A stretch of DNA of 64,000 nt from Glaucostegus cemiculus (lineage: Eukaryota), in contig CDPCPM010000479.1 in NCBI GenBank assembly GCA_976551045.1, positions 496,001 to 560,000 on the forward strand. Reading direction: 5' to 3'. The number at the start of each line of letters is the position of its first letter. The stretch's first letter is position 1. The notes below the pieces were generated by a model, which saw only the letters and a program-made list of their open reading frames with translations, ran no database searches and was not told the DNA's origin. Both the position numbers and the translations under genes were made by a program. Below, in pieces: positions 50,470 through 63,646 of this stretch.

Positions 50470-51440
50470 CACGAATGGCTATTCCCTCTGGACTTTTATC
50501 CCATACCATGATAGTCTGAGGTCCCTTCACTCCTTTGAACAAAGACCCAACCAGTTTCTAACACCTCCCTCTCACCCCCCCCCCTCCAAAAACAATGACT
50601 AACTTTGCCACTGTCTTTGTCTAAATCGTGTGTTGTTATAGGAACTCACATGGACTAAAGCTATGCCCACCTCTAAGTGGGTGATGTAGAACAGTTCTGT
50701 TGTTGTTAACTTTGCTGCTAAGTTCCACCTTGGTCTCACTTTCATATGGCCCCTATATGACTGTTCCCTTTGTTTTCTAGACTTCTTTGTCTCCATTTCA
50801 GGAATAGGTTAGTGACCAATATCTATACAAGTTTACAGATTCTTACAGCTGTTCTGACTACATCTCCCACCTTATTTCCTGGAAGGACTCCATTTCTTCT
50901 AGTTTTTCCATTTCTGTTTTACCTGCTCTATTGAAAAGAGATTCCACAGCAATGCTTTTGTGATGTCTCCCTTTTTGCTTAAATGTAGCTTTCCCTCTAA
51001 CCATAGTCCACAGGACTCTCAACTGTGCTTCTTGCCTTGAACTTTCACTCTTCTCCTTGCTCTCACTCCTTCCCCTGGTCTTCACCACCAGCCTCCATAT
51101 TCACTGGTCATGTTCTTTAACTTCCACCACTTTAAATGAGATTTCACCACGAGCCACGTTTTTCCTTCCTATCTCCTCACAGCAATCTGAAACAACCTTC
51201 CTAGTTTGCTCTTCCATCTTCACCAATCACTTCCTTTCTCATGACATTTTTGCATGCAACTGCAGGAGATGCAATGCATGCCCTTTTACCTTGTACCTTG
51301 CCTCCATCCAGGGACCCAAGTTGTGTTTCCAGTTGAAGTGTCAATTCACTTGCACGACTGCCATTTTAGTACATTGCCTTGAGTGCTCACAATGTGGTCT
51401 CCTCCAAACAGAATGATTGGATGACAGCTTTACAGCCAGA
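50470..51440 (+). mobile_element. Decayed PLE (RT remnant to GIY-YIG)
   Basis: ORF LPLVFTT..IFACNCRRCNACPFT..IQGPKLCFQLKCQFTCTTAILVHCLECSQCGLL; upstream RT-like remnants. Confidence 0.75.
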
Positions 51441-51479
51441 ACATCTCAACAGCCTAGTTTTGATTTTAGGATTTTGTAT

Positions 51480-52300
51480 TCCTCAACTCGGGAAATTTTT
51501 GTCTTGATCTATTTTATTAATTCCTTTAATCATTTTAGAACACCTAAGTTAAGGCACTCTTGATGTTCCAGTTTCAAAGGAGTACAAGCCTTGTCTATAC
51601 AACCTGTTCTCCTATTTTAATGTTTTTTTATGCTCTGTTATCATTTTAATGAAACTGTACTGAGGCTTGATGCCCAGAACTGAAAAGCAGTTCTTGAAAG
51701 GGATCTAACTAAAGTTTTATGTAAAAGTAGCATAACTTTTAATCCCTTTGAAAAGATCAACATTTGTTTCATTTTGTGTGCATGTAATTTAGTTTCTTAT
51801 GATTTCTTTGTTACCTAATTTGTTGTTAGGAAACCTTGATAACTCCATTCCTTCTAAGTAATTTGCACAATGAAAAACTGTACCTGCAGTATGATTCCTG
51901 AGGGATAGCCGTCACATCTTGCCAAATTGAGTACTTACCCATCATCCCTAATATCTATCACCTGCCTGCTAACCAACTTCCAATTCCTTACATCAGTTTC
52001 ATGGATTTTCATTTTTGGTCTGTTTCCTCTGTAGAATTTAATCAAATGTCTTTTGGCTGTCCATATATATGTAACAATGGACAGACTACATTAATTAAAA
52101 CCAAAGAAAATGTAACTAATTTGTATGTGACTTCTGCTTTACCATTCATGCTGATTCTATGTTCTATTTAGGATTGTTCATAAGCTCAAGTCACTCTGTC
52201 TTGAATAACAGATTCCAATAACTTCTAGTAATTAGATCCATAATTTACCAATTTATCATTTCTACCCTTAAGTAATATGTACTTCTTCAAAGAGATGCTT
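51480..52300 (-). mobile_element. Highly decayed CR1 fragment
   Basis: gcccagaactgaaaagcagttc, atcaaatgtcttttggctgtccatata and accattcatgctgattc are CR1 minus-strand remnants. Confidence 0.55.
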
Positions 52301-54559
52301 CCCTGCTTGTATATGTTAAAAAAATCCATTCCCAGTTAGATCCACAGAAAGATAATAGTGGCCTTAAGTTATGATGAAGAATCTGTTTAAGAACAGATTG
52401 TGATAACGTATTTTGTGATGATTGGTTTGGACAAATTTGTAATACATTATTCCATGATACAGTGTAAGGTATACAAATGGATTCTTAATAAAAGTTCCAA
52501 ATAATTCATTATAATTGACTCAGACTACCTCTTTAAACCATGGATTCTAGTAAGTTGCAAACAATCAACAGTAATGTTGTAAATCTAATTACAACTTGGA
52601 TTTCTAAGTAAGTGAAAAGCAACAATGAGTGTGACAAGATGGCTTTTGTCCAATGGAAATTTTTATCTAGCAGACAAAGATAGATGTCTCCAGAAAATGC
52701 CTATGAAATCCTGTTCTAGTAATAGAGGAACCTCACCAGTTCTGGGGAAATAGGAAGACCTTTAATCCATTAACCTGGGTACAGTAAATCATCAGGAAAG
52801 AGGGAGTCTAAAGCAGGAACTGAAATTGTAGAGTGATTCAGAAATTGGGTATGAGAGAAACAGTGCATGAAGGCTGCTGGAGCAATGAAGGGGAATGCAG
52901 GCTTAAGGCTGAGATGGAGAGATTATTTCCTTTGAAATGGTCTTCATTTTACGCTTTTGTGCATGAATGACATTGTTTTTGTTTGGAACTTCTCATGCAA
53001 CAGCTGCTGCAACAAAATCACAGAGATATTAACCTCAGAGAATCCAACCTCCATAAAAAGGTAAATCCAATAACTTTAAGTGACCTTTACAGGCTGGCAA
53101 GTTAGCAAATCCTTGGATTGTGATGCTTGAACTTCATGGATTGGCAATGACTTTAGAATCCCAACCATCAGAAATGAACTGAAATCACATTCTATTGATG
53201 GGGCTTCAGAATTAATGACAATCTCATTGAAAAGCTTGTTTAAGAAGGAATATTACAAGAAATACAGGTAGTCCTGGAATATTTAGCTCATCTGGTTTAC
53301 TGTACATACTATGACCACTTTTTGAAAATAAGTGTAACTACTAATAAATCACACCTAATTTTATGCCTTTTATGTGTTCCAGAGTTAGATTTCATTCTCC
53401 CAATAATGAAAAACCTCAAGCTATTTGGGTGAAAGTTAAAGAGTTAATCTGCCCTCGTAAAAATGAGTATCTGCTAGAATGAGGTGCATTTTTTCTGAAA
53501 AATTATCTCATTAGTGAGGATTCAGGGCTCTGATCAGTCTGAAAATGTTTCTATTCCACTGACTTTTCATCAGCGACTTTAGAACTAAAAAGATATCTGA
53601 ATTGTTTCATCTTGCTTCAGGAGTGCATTTTGAATGTTTGATCCGTGTCTCATTAAACACACATGCTTCCAAACCAGATTTAGTACAGTTTTGTTAAATA
53701 TTCTAATAATAAAAATAATCATGACATTCTATTGGAAGTATTAGTGAATAGCAATTATTTGGTCCCTCATTTTAGGAGGCATCACTTCAAATACTTAGGA
53801 TTTTTTTTCTCTCTGGCCTTGCTAATTACCTCACTATTGGTTGTTTTACAGTTCTTACATTGGGATTTAGATGATGAGTGCCGTTATTGTTTGGATACAA
53901 CATGTTTGGATATTAATATTATTAATAAGAAAAAATATTTTTACTTGTTTACATTAAAAGTGTTAATGTGAATTGAAGAACTCATGTATGCTCATAAAAC
54001 AAAACCATAAATCTTCCCTTCTCTGTTGAGCTTATTGCCTGTCTATCACTGCAACTTGCTTCAATCTTGTTTGTTATGTCTAATCCTCTTCTTCTGTTTT
54101 GACTTCTTTCTCAAACCCCTCCCTATATACCACCTTAGTGGAATACTCTATCTCTATTCCCTAAACCCTAAAGGATAAAATAGGGCTGTTGATTGATTTA
54201 AAGTAGTTAAAACTATTTTGGGATGCGAGTTGGTGCAGGAGAGATGTGGTTGAGTGATCTGGTGAAAACAGCAATACAGAAAATAGAAGAAACAGATGTT
54301 ACGAAAGGGCAGACCAAGATAAAGAATGGGTAACTCAAATATCAAGGAATAAACACAGAAGTAAAACAGTTGTATGAGAGGGTTATTAAAAATAAAGTAA
54401 AATAAATAACTACCAACAGAGTAATACATAAAGCATGCAAAATAAAATAGGGAAATTGGGGGAAATAGGAAGGAACCATATGTGCCCAAGTCATGTTGGA
54501 GCAGCCATGAGGGGTGATGTGGCCTACCTCTGTTTCTTAAATTCTAAAACCTTGGTCCA

Positions 54560-54950
54560 GATAAATGGCAACCTTGCATATTAAAAGGTTAAAAACGGAG
54601 GCAGTATCACAGATAAATAAAAAGAACTTAAAAAAGGGAATAACATCATAGGATTGCTAATGTGCTGATAATTTGCAAGATAAACAAATCCAGTGGATTA
54701 TAGGCCAACTAGTTTAACAAAAGGGAAAATAAGAGAATCCTTCTAGAAATTAAAAAAGTGTCCCCAGCTTTATAATAAAGTTAGCATGGTTTCAACAAAC
54801 AGAATGTCTTGCTTGAACAACCTTACTGAACTAATGCAGCAGACAAAATATATTGATAAAGCATGGTTTTGTGGAAATCTGATGGATAGCATTTTATGTC
54901 CAAAACACAAAATTCAGTTAGGGATGGTTACTCAGAATGACAATAGGTGT
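54560..54950 (+). mobile_element. Highly decayed CR1 RT fragment
   Basis: ggattataggccaactagtttaac (DYRPTSL) and gcatggtttcaacaaacagaatgtcttgcttgaacaac (HGF..SCLNN). Confidence 0.6.
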
Positions 54951-57539
54951 AGAAATACTTCCCCTAAATCTTTGCCAGTATTCTACATTGTCTTAAATCT
55001 TTTTACCATAGTTAAAGGAGTTAGATAAATACTTGCTGCAAATTGTTTTTTTAAGTCAATTGGTCAAACATCTGCACTTTAAAATGTAGAAGTTGATACG
55101 GCTTGTACATTACTAAATAATTATTATTTAAAGCTTATTCTCATTATGCCTAAGTATTTAGACTTGATTGTCTCATTTTGCTCATCTGAGGATGGATCTA
55201 GTCTAGCATTATTGAATATGCCTCTTGTCAGGTCAGTCATTGCTATGGTTAGTTGGCATCTGAAAAGTACATGATAAATAACATAAACATTCTAACGAGG
55301 ATTATTGCCCCTCTGATTTTGACTATTGCAAAAGGTGCTCTTCAGTTTTGGTCCTTATGGTGGAACTTCTAACTTTCTAGAATTTTTCTGAAGCCACAGA
55401 TTTATTTTGCAATGTGATTTCAGTGGTTTGCCTTATTTATTTTCCCTCATTGACAAAGGAATTAGAATCTGGACTGACATTGACCAAGTGAATTGTTCCA
55501 GCTTCACATTGCAGGCAGAGGACTCATATTGCTGAAATGGCTTTTCACACAACCGATAGAAAACCCAGTACTTTGAAGCCTGCAGTAGCAAATAGCTGAG
55601 CTTGCATCATTGCAGAAGGTGTAATGGAGAAGGATTTGTCCTGCAAGCCAAAAGAAATTGAAGCCAACTTCCCACTTTCTCACTTCTAAATAAATTCCAG
55701 TGTATATTGCTCAGATTGCAAATTTGAGTGGTGATGATCGAACCTGAAGCTGCTGACATTTTGAAACATTGTCTTTAGAACTTGTTCATCGCAAATCCCA
55801 TTGATTTCCCATTATGGAAATTCAAGCAAAACAAAATATTTATTGCTCAGGAATGAGCAGTTAGTCCAGCAAAAGCCTGTGGTCAAAGCAAAGTTGATTA
55901 TATTAAGAATATCATTGATCTTTGTCAATGTCAGAGGCCTGATCTGTAGTATAGATTTGCTACCATTAGCAAAGTCCACTCAATCAAGTAAATTAGAAGC
56001 TGATTAAATAATGAAATGGACACCCTAAAACTGACAGTGAAATTTTCTGGATGATTTCATATCTATCTTTATTGCACAAGTGTTTGATCAAGATTCAAGT
56101 CAATTCCTGTAGCCCTTTCAGGGAAAGTTTAAATATTTACCCACTTAAAGATGGCAATGAATAGCTATGTTTAAACATTGCAGTTTTAAAAGGGTAATTT
56201 ATCCCATGAACTAAAAAGCAACGGTATTGTGTAGAGAATTTGGGAGGGAAGCTTTAGAAGGACAAATTTGATCATGTAATTGTGCAAGAATGGTTCTCAG
56301 AGGCTAGGTTTTAGTGGTCATTATTTTACATGTAACCTTTTTCAATATGTTACCTGTGCAAGTAATAAATATCAAGGGAAAATATGTGATTGGACACTTT
56401 GGACTTTGGGTACACGGATAAGCTTTACATTAACTGTCATGGGGAGGAACTTAGGAAGCAAATTAAATAATAGAAACAACATATTCCTGTGGAATATTTG
56501 GAACAAGTCAAATAAATATATTGATAAATGTTTACAATTTCAGAATTTGCAGGAACCCTCTAGAGATGTCTTACAAATGTGATTTTAATGGATCTTAGCC
56601 TAGTACCTGTCAACTTCAAATGTCAGAGTATAAGTTAGTGGTGTTTTTTCATTTCTTAAATCCACTAATGCCCACTGGACTGTTCAAATGCTGTTTGTGC
56701 ACGCCAATGACTTAAAATGACCATGAGATAAGTACAAATGAACCATCTGAGCACGTCATTCATGGAAGACTCCTTACTTCCCTTTGCACAACAAGTTTAG
56801 TCAAATGATTCCAATATTTTTGCCATCACTGAAATTTGATAGTATGCGTTGAGACTTTCTGCCTTTAAGACCGAACATTGCTGTTTACTAATTTGAATGT
56901 AGGTCAACTTATCTTGATCCTACAATTTTGTTTTAAGTAGCTTGATTTTTCATTAATGTCTTCTATTAATTGCAACAAAAGCTTATTTCTACAGTTATCA
57001 TAACTCAAGTATTACGAATCACCTTATGGCTTATCCAGATTTTCCTCTGAATCTTTGGTGACAAGTATTTGAGCTGTGACCTAATGTTACAATTTGTACC
57101 AAAAGCAAAATGTATCAAAGCATGGCTTACAAATATATTTCTTAGATGTAATCTTATTTGACTGCTGCAAATTCAGGGTTTTGCTTTAGATATTCTCTGC
57201 TGCACAGTAGTGTTAATTATCTGTAAATATGAGTGTCAAATCTAGGGTTGTACCTATATTGGCCAATATACCACAATGCTAAGAGGGTGTGCAGCCTTCA
57301 TGATCTGCCGTGGGTATCCTCGTGTGTTTTATCAATTTCCTCAAAGGTATGGAAAAAGCTGAAGGTAAATTGTAAAGCAGTTTTATTTCACAGCAAGTAT
57401 GCATACAGAGCTATGATTACATTACTTCATTTAATCACTATAACTTATCTTCCAATAACATAACATACCTCATGTCATATCAGTGAGTCATGTTGCTTTA
57501 CTTAAAATAACTCATTATACCTGGAGTGTGGCAGATGCG

Positions 57540-57770
57540 AGATGATGGTGCAGCTAACAGAGCTTGTTATCTCAGTTCCAATGAGCTTGGTTCAGTCCTG
57601 CTCTCCAGTGATATCTATGTGGAGTGTGCTCGTTCTTCCTGTGGCCACATGGGTTTTCCTTGGGTGCTCTGGTTTCCTCCTATATTCAAAAGACATGTGG
57701 ATTGGTATGTTACTTAGCCACTGTAAAGTCATAGTGTGTCAAAGGGCCTGTTTCTGTGCTGTACAACTCT
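57540..57770 (+). mobile_element. V-SINE (older copy)
   Basis: ggtgcagctaacagagc..ggttcagtcctg..gggttttccttgggtgctctggtttcctcctatattcaaaagacatgtg. Confidence 0.75.
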
Positions 57771-58190
57771 GTCCTGGCTGCCTGCTGTACCCATCTACAC
57801 TAATTCCATTTACCCATACTAGGTCAGTAGCCTTCTAAACCCTGGCAATTCAAGTATTTGTCTAAATGCCCTTTACCACCTCTTCAGACAGTCCATTTCA
57901 GGTTTCAGCCACCCTTTTTGTGAAAAATTCCCTCTCAGAAAATCTCTGCACCTTGTACCCTTCACTTAAACCTCTTGTTTTAGACAGTCCCCCCATGGAA
58001 AAAGGAATTTTGCCATCTATCCTATCTATCACCCTCATAATTTAATATACTTCCATCAGGTCATACCTCAGTCTTCAGGGAAAATAAAGCCAGCCTATCC
58101 AGTCTCTCCTTATAACCGTAATGCTGTAGCCCAGATAATATCCTGGTGCTTCTTCTCAGTACCCTCTCAGCACAATCACAACCTTTCTAT
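57770..58190 (-). mobile_element. CR1 3' fragment
   Basis: catctacactaattccatttaccc..ccatctatcctatctatcaccctcataattt..cagcctatccagtctctcc. Confidence 0.75.
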
Positions 58191-59269
58191 GTAGGTGTGT
58201 GTATAGTGGTAGAATCTGGATAAGGAGCTTGATAGGGATGAGTGAACAATAAAATGGGATTAAGGTAAATGGATGCACAATGGTCGGCCCAGAGTTGGTA
58301 AGCCAAAGGGTCTGTTTCCATGCCGTATGACTATTCCCACAGCATTTCCATTTAAAAACCAAAATGACTTTATACCTTTTTACTGAATTTGTTAGATTGC
58401 CTGTATTGACTCTGCTTTTTGATCACTGTGTATTCTTAGCCAGTAAAGAAGGCATGAAGGGTTAAGCAATTTTTTTTTTCGCTTGAACAAAATGGTTAAA
58501 GATTACCAAAATGTAACAGCTGTCTGGAGGAATGTTGGATCTACTGTACAAAGCTCTGTCCAAGAATAGTTGATCATATTTTTGAATTATGTGGCCATCT
58601 GTTGGAGGATTAAAAGTAAAATAAGAATCATAATAATTTTAAGTTTTGTTTAACTGTAGAACCTGGTATATGAATTTTACCACAGTGTAAATATTACTAG
58701 TGAATTCCATGGTGTATTTATCAAACTTTTAGGCCTAATTCTGGTGACCTTCTTATCACAATCTCTCTTGGCCTGTATGGGCTGCACTTTCAAATTGTGC
58801 CAGGGAATTTGTGGCTAATCATATGGAAATAATAGTTAAACATAGACTAACAAAATTGTTTATTCCAATTTTTCAAATGCAAACAAAGGGAGCTGAAACT
58901 TAAAAATAGATGAGGTAGTGAACACCAAATCTGAAGCACTTATACGGGATTAATATTTCACAAATGATTTTAAGTTAGCAAAGTGTGAGGATAGAAAAAA
59001 GGTGAGAGTAGACCAAACAGTAACCATCTATCACAATACAGTTTCAATGCGTTGATAGTTTAATGTTGCTATAAATTATGGGGGTTGTGCAGCATGGTTA
59101 AATTCACAGATGAAATAGAGATAATGAAGCAGGTGGATTCCAAAGCTGAAAAGGATGAGTACAAAAGGATTTGAATAGACTTTGGAATTAGCTAGGCAGG
59201 TGTCAGATGAAATTCAACGCAAAGTGCTTCAAAAAAAACTCTGGTTTATTTGGCTCCTTTTATTTTAGC

Positions 59270-60560
59270 AGGAACATACAAAGTTTTATCTTAGGAGTGT
59301 TAGCAAACAAAAAAAATTGAACCAAGCTACGAAAGAGATAATTCAGCCAATGAGCCAAAGATTGGAAGAGAGGTATTTTTAAGAGAGGCAATTTAAAGGA
59401 AAAGAGGGAGTTAATGAGATGGAAAATTTTGGGGAGAAAAGTCTAGATCATAAGACTTTGACAGTTGAAGGCACAACAAAAAGAATTGGAGCAATTAAAT
59501 TTGGAGATGAGGAACAAAGATATCAGGGGGAGTTACAAGCGATGGAGTCAGTTATAGAGATAGGGAAGTGGAAGGCTGAGAATTTTAACATTAAGGTATT
59601 TTTTAAACTGCTTTTCACCAAACACAGAAATGATGGGTGAAAAAAACTTCCACAGGACACAAACAGCAACCTTTTCAATGACTTCATGTTTACAGAGATT
59701 GGCCTAGAGTGCTTTGGAATAGTGAAGTCTTGATGTAATCAAAGCATGGGCTTCAGCAGCCGATGAGCTGAGACGGGTGGAGTTGAGCCATGTTGCAGAC
59801 TTGCACATAGGGGTAATATTTGATGTTATGAATTTGTGGTCCAAAAGTTAATCTGGGATCATGTATGGTATCAAACTTCTAGTTCGTTTCGATTGAGATA
59901 GTAACCAGGGTGAGTATTGAGTGGGTGACTCAAAATCAGAATTTGCATCAACATCCAAAAGCACAGCGCAAGTTTCCACATCTTTGTTGATGACGTCCAA
60001 CTTGCTCATCAGTGTGGATGTCAAGCTGTAGAACAGTTTAGAGACAATAGAGGATTCAATAGAGATAAAGCTGAATATTGTCAGTGAACTTGTGGAAATT
60101 TGTATTATATTTTTGGATGATGTGATTGAGAGGCACTATGTAGATAAGAAATAAACAATCAAGTATAGGACCATAGAAAACTACACAGAAAACAGGCCAT
60201 TCGGCCCTTCTAGTCTGTGCCAAAACTTTATTCTGCTAGTCCCATTTACCTGCACCCAGCCCATACCCCTCCAGACCTCTCTCATCCATGTATCTATCCA
60301 ATTTACTCTTAACAGTTAAGAGTGAGCCCGCATTTACTGCATCAGATGGCAGCCCATTCCACATTCCCACCACCCTTTCAGTGAAGAAGTTCCCCCTAAT
60401 GTAAGAACCTTGGAGAATATCAGAGATGATGGCTAGAGCTTTGAGGCACACAAGAAAATGGGGATAGGTTAATGAAGAAGAGCAATTGCTGCTGATTGGC
60501 TACAGTTGGTTAGATAAAAATGGAACCAGGTGAATGGGATCCCACCCAATTGACAATGGT
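59270..60560 (-). mobile_element. Old L2/CR1-like LINE remnant, interrupted by a younger CR1 end
   Basis: Purine-rich decayed RT antisense (ttcagcagccgatgagctgag, gatgtgattgagaggcactatgtagat) that appears to resume after 60403. Confidence 0.5.
60165..60403 (-). mobile_element. Young 5'-truncated CR1 3' end
   Basis: Minus ORF IRGNFFTERVVGMWNGLP..AGSLLTVKSKLDRYMDERGLEGYG, with tail aacaggccattcggccc. Confidence 0.88.
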
Positions 60561-60681
60561 AGAGATAATATAAGAATATTATTATTGTTATTAAAATGAT
60601 ACAAATAGCAAAAAGAATGACTGAGGAAAGGAGTTATTAGACAATGAGAGCAATTAGATGTGTTCTCACTAGGGGAAGGAC

Positions 60682-60778
60682 AGATAAGATGTTTATTTTT
60701 TAGTTACATGTACATTGAAACACACAGTGAAATGCGTCTTTTTGCATTACTGAGAATGTGCTGGGGGCAGCCCGCAAG
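60682..60778 (-). mobile_element. 5'-truncated SINE tail (Rex-type tail family)
   Basis: Reverse complement cttgcgggctgcccccagcac..gcatttcactgtgtgtttcaatgtacatgtaacta matches 3646-3735. Confidence 0.8.
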
Positions 60779-61499
60779 GGAAAAGGAGGGATGATTGCTA
60801 TTGGGATTTCAAAGGCATTAGATAACATAGCCCATAACTGCTCTGTCACCTTGGAGGTGCAAATTAAAACTAAATTGTAGAGACATTATTTCTATGGGCA
60901 TGTGATGAATCTACATAACTTGCTCCCAAAGGGGAAGGCGGAAGCAAGTTATGGATATTTTTTCCGAATGTGTTTTGAAATATAATGTATGAATAATTTG
61001 ACATGCTGTGTCAAATGTTTGAAAGCATTAGGAAGCTTTGGAGTTATGATTCTTGGAGCATTCCATACTAAGTGTTTCCTCATCCTGTGTTTGAATCTGA
61101 GTAGATTAATTGAACAAGATTGATTGCTATATTAGCAATAATTTCATTATTACTGCACTATATCACAATGATAGCAAATAGTACAGATAACCCCTGTGAA
61201 ACACCAGGAAGTTATGCTAAAGGCTTAGTTTGGGCAGTAACTGTTGTGTTTACCCTTTTGTGCACGATGTGCTGACTATATGAGAAAAAACTTATTGAGG
61301 CTCTTTTGACTTCCCTTAGGCCTCTATTTCTACTGAAATTATTTGATGTGAATCCATGTTGTGATGTTTTAATAATGTGACAACGTACTATATAACTTCA
61401 GGGAATTCTTTTAATTCTTTACATGAGCATAAAAATCAGACTTAAATTTCATTCATTTGTAATTTCTCTTTGAAGATGACTGCCTCAAAAGGAATGTTC

Positions 61500-61770
61500 T
61501 ATCTAGTCTAAAGATTGCATTCTGTATTCTCACTTCCACATTGATTGTTGCCTTCATTTGGTTTCCAGAGTGCTGAGGTCATTGTAACAGGTGGCAGGTC
61601 CAGCTAAGGTGGTCCTGGCAATGGATTCCCAGAAGTTGCTGTTGATGTTGTATTTTTCCATGTTTGCCTAAGGATGTCCTTCAGGGCTTTCTCTGTCTTC
61701 TTTTGGAATGTGTGCCATGACTTGGATCAGAAAGGAAGATTTGCTTCAGGGGCCTGGAGTTTGGCATTGT
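61500..61770 (-). mobile_element. RTE-clade LINE C-terminal fragment
   Basis: Minus-strand frameshifted translation HGTHSKRRQRK / KDIL / MEKYNINSNFWESIA resembles the RTE C-terminus GKRxxGGQRKRFKDTLKxxLKKCNIxxxxWESLA. Confidence 0.6.
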
Positions 61771-62894
61771 ATGATGTAATCGGCTCAGTAAATTTGAAAT
61801 CGGATGATCATTGTTTTCATAAGCAAGGAGAAATGCATTGGTTTAACTTATTTGGTAGGAAATACGAGTTTACCGAAGACTACGTTAATGATATTCACTG
61901 GTGCCTGAAATGTGTCCTTTAGGCTGTTTAAGTGCAGGCAAGTTGAAAAATCAACGGTGGAAACTTCATTCCTACAGCCCCAGAAAAACCTGTTTATTTT
62001 CCTTGAAGTTGTTGTCAGGTTAAGGTTTGATTTTAAGGAATATTACAATTTAATTCCTGTTAATCTTAAATTTAAAAGAAATGTTCTGGATGAATGATTC
62101 TTCAAAGCAAAATTAGCTTAAAAGGAAAAGCAAATCACCTTTCCTGGAAACTGCTTGCTATAAAATTGTTGGGGACTCTAGGAGGAAAGTAGAAATACTG
62201 TAGAAATGACTTGAGCCAGATAAATTAACTGAAAAGTTGTATTGATTTAGTGAAATTTGATATTCTGAGCTCGCCTTCATTAATTGTGGGTTGAATGACT
62301 TATTTTGTGAGATTTTCAATGCAGATCACCACAAAGAGGCACAAGAGAGCCCAGTTGCTGTTCTACAATATACTTATTGTGTTGCCAAGTTTGAAATGCA
62401 CTGTGACACCTTTCACAAATTGCTGTTGGAATTAATTTTAATCTGTTATGTGCTCAACTGTGAGTGGCACCATCAGAGTTAATGACGAGGCAATTGGATT
62501 ATTTTGGTTCATTGGAATTTTTAATTGTATGCATCAGCTAACAGCAGCATTGGCCTACCTGCAGCAATTCTTATTTTCAGAGAAATGTGTTCTTTGCTCT
62601 CTAAATCTGAACACCTTTTATTTTCAGTAAGAGTACTTTTTTTGACTTAGAAAAATTTATAGTTTGTAATTTCAGGATAAATCTAGAAAGAACACCTGCT
62701 CAACCCTAGTGAGTGTAACATGATGTCTGCACCTTCCTCTTGTCATACTGAGTTTCAGATTCCTGTTTGCTTTATCCACGTTGTCATTTTTTTCTGTAAC
62801 TTTCAGATTATCCAATTAATGCTTTAAAAATACAAATTCAAAACAGATATTAATAAGACTTTATTACCTGGAACATTGTCCTAAAGTCTTATTT

Positions 62895-63278
62895 ATATTG
62901 AGGGGTGACCTGATAGAGGTATATAACATCAAGAAGAGCTCAGACAGGGTGAAAACACATAGTCTTTTTCCCGGGGAGTGGGGAGGGTGCTTAAAAGCAA
63001 TAGCGCATAGATTTAGGTCAGAGGTGATAGATTTAAAAGGGACATCAGGAATGACTTCTTCACACAAAGGGTGGTGCATGTTTGGAATGAGTTGCCAGAA
63101 ATAGTGGTTGGGATGAGGACATTAGCAACTTTTAAAAGCCATCTAGATATGTATATGAATAGGAAAGGTTTAGAGGGCTAGGGGCCAAACGTGGGCAGAT
63201 GGGGCTAGGTCACTGGGCAATGCAGTCAACATGGACGAGTTGGGCTGAAGGGCCTGGTTCCATGCCGTATGACTTTAT
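62895..63278 (+). mobile_element. CR1 3' end fragment
   Basis: LRGDLIEVYNI..SLFP and tail ggacgagttgggctgaagggcctggttccatgccgtatgac. Confidence 0.88.
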
Positions 63279-63381
63279 TAAGTCGATAATATATCTCACT
63301 AAAAATTTTTGTTTTTCATGATTAATGTAGTTTGAGCTAGTGGTGAAAATAGCCCAGCTGGAAAAAAATTATCTACTTGCT

Positions 63382-63646
63382 GGGCAGCACGATAACATAG
63401 CGGTTAGCGCGACGCTGTTACAGCGCCAACGATCGGGGTTCGATTCCCGTTGCTGTCTGTAAGGAGTTTGTACATTCTCCCGTGTCTGCTTGGGTTTCCT
63501 CTGGGTGCTCCGGTTTCCTCCCACATTCTAAAAAGACGTACAGGTAGGTTAATTTGGGGGTTTAAAATGGGCGGTGTGGACTCGTTGGGCCGAAAGGACC
63601 TGTTACCACGCTGTAAATAAAATAAAATAAAAAATAAAAATAAAAA
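63382..63646 (+). mobile_element. Full-length young tRNA-derived V-SINE with CR1-type tail and (TAAAA)n end
   Basis: Head gggcagcacg..tagcggttagcg, perfect B-box ggttcgattccc, V-domain, tail ggactcgttgggccgaaaggacctgttacc, then taaaa repeats; many CpGs intact. Confidence 0.9.

Noticed and set aside
63382-63460. tRNA gene
   Set aside because: A/B boxes belong to a SINE head that continues into a V-domain and LINE-like tail; no full cloverleaf or terminator.
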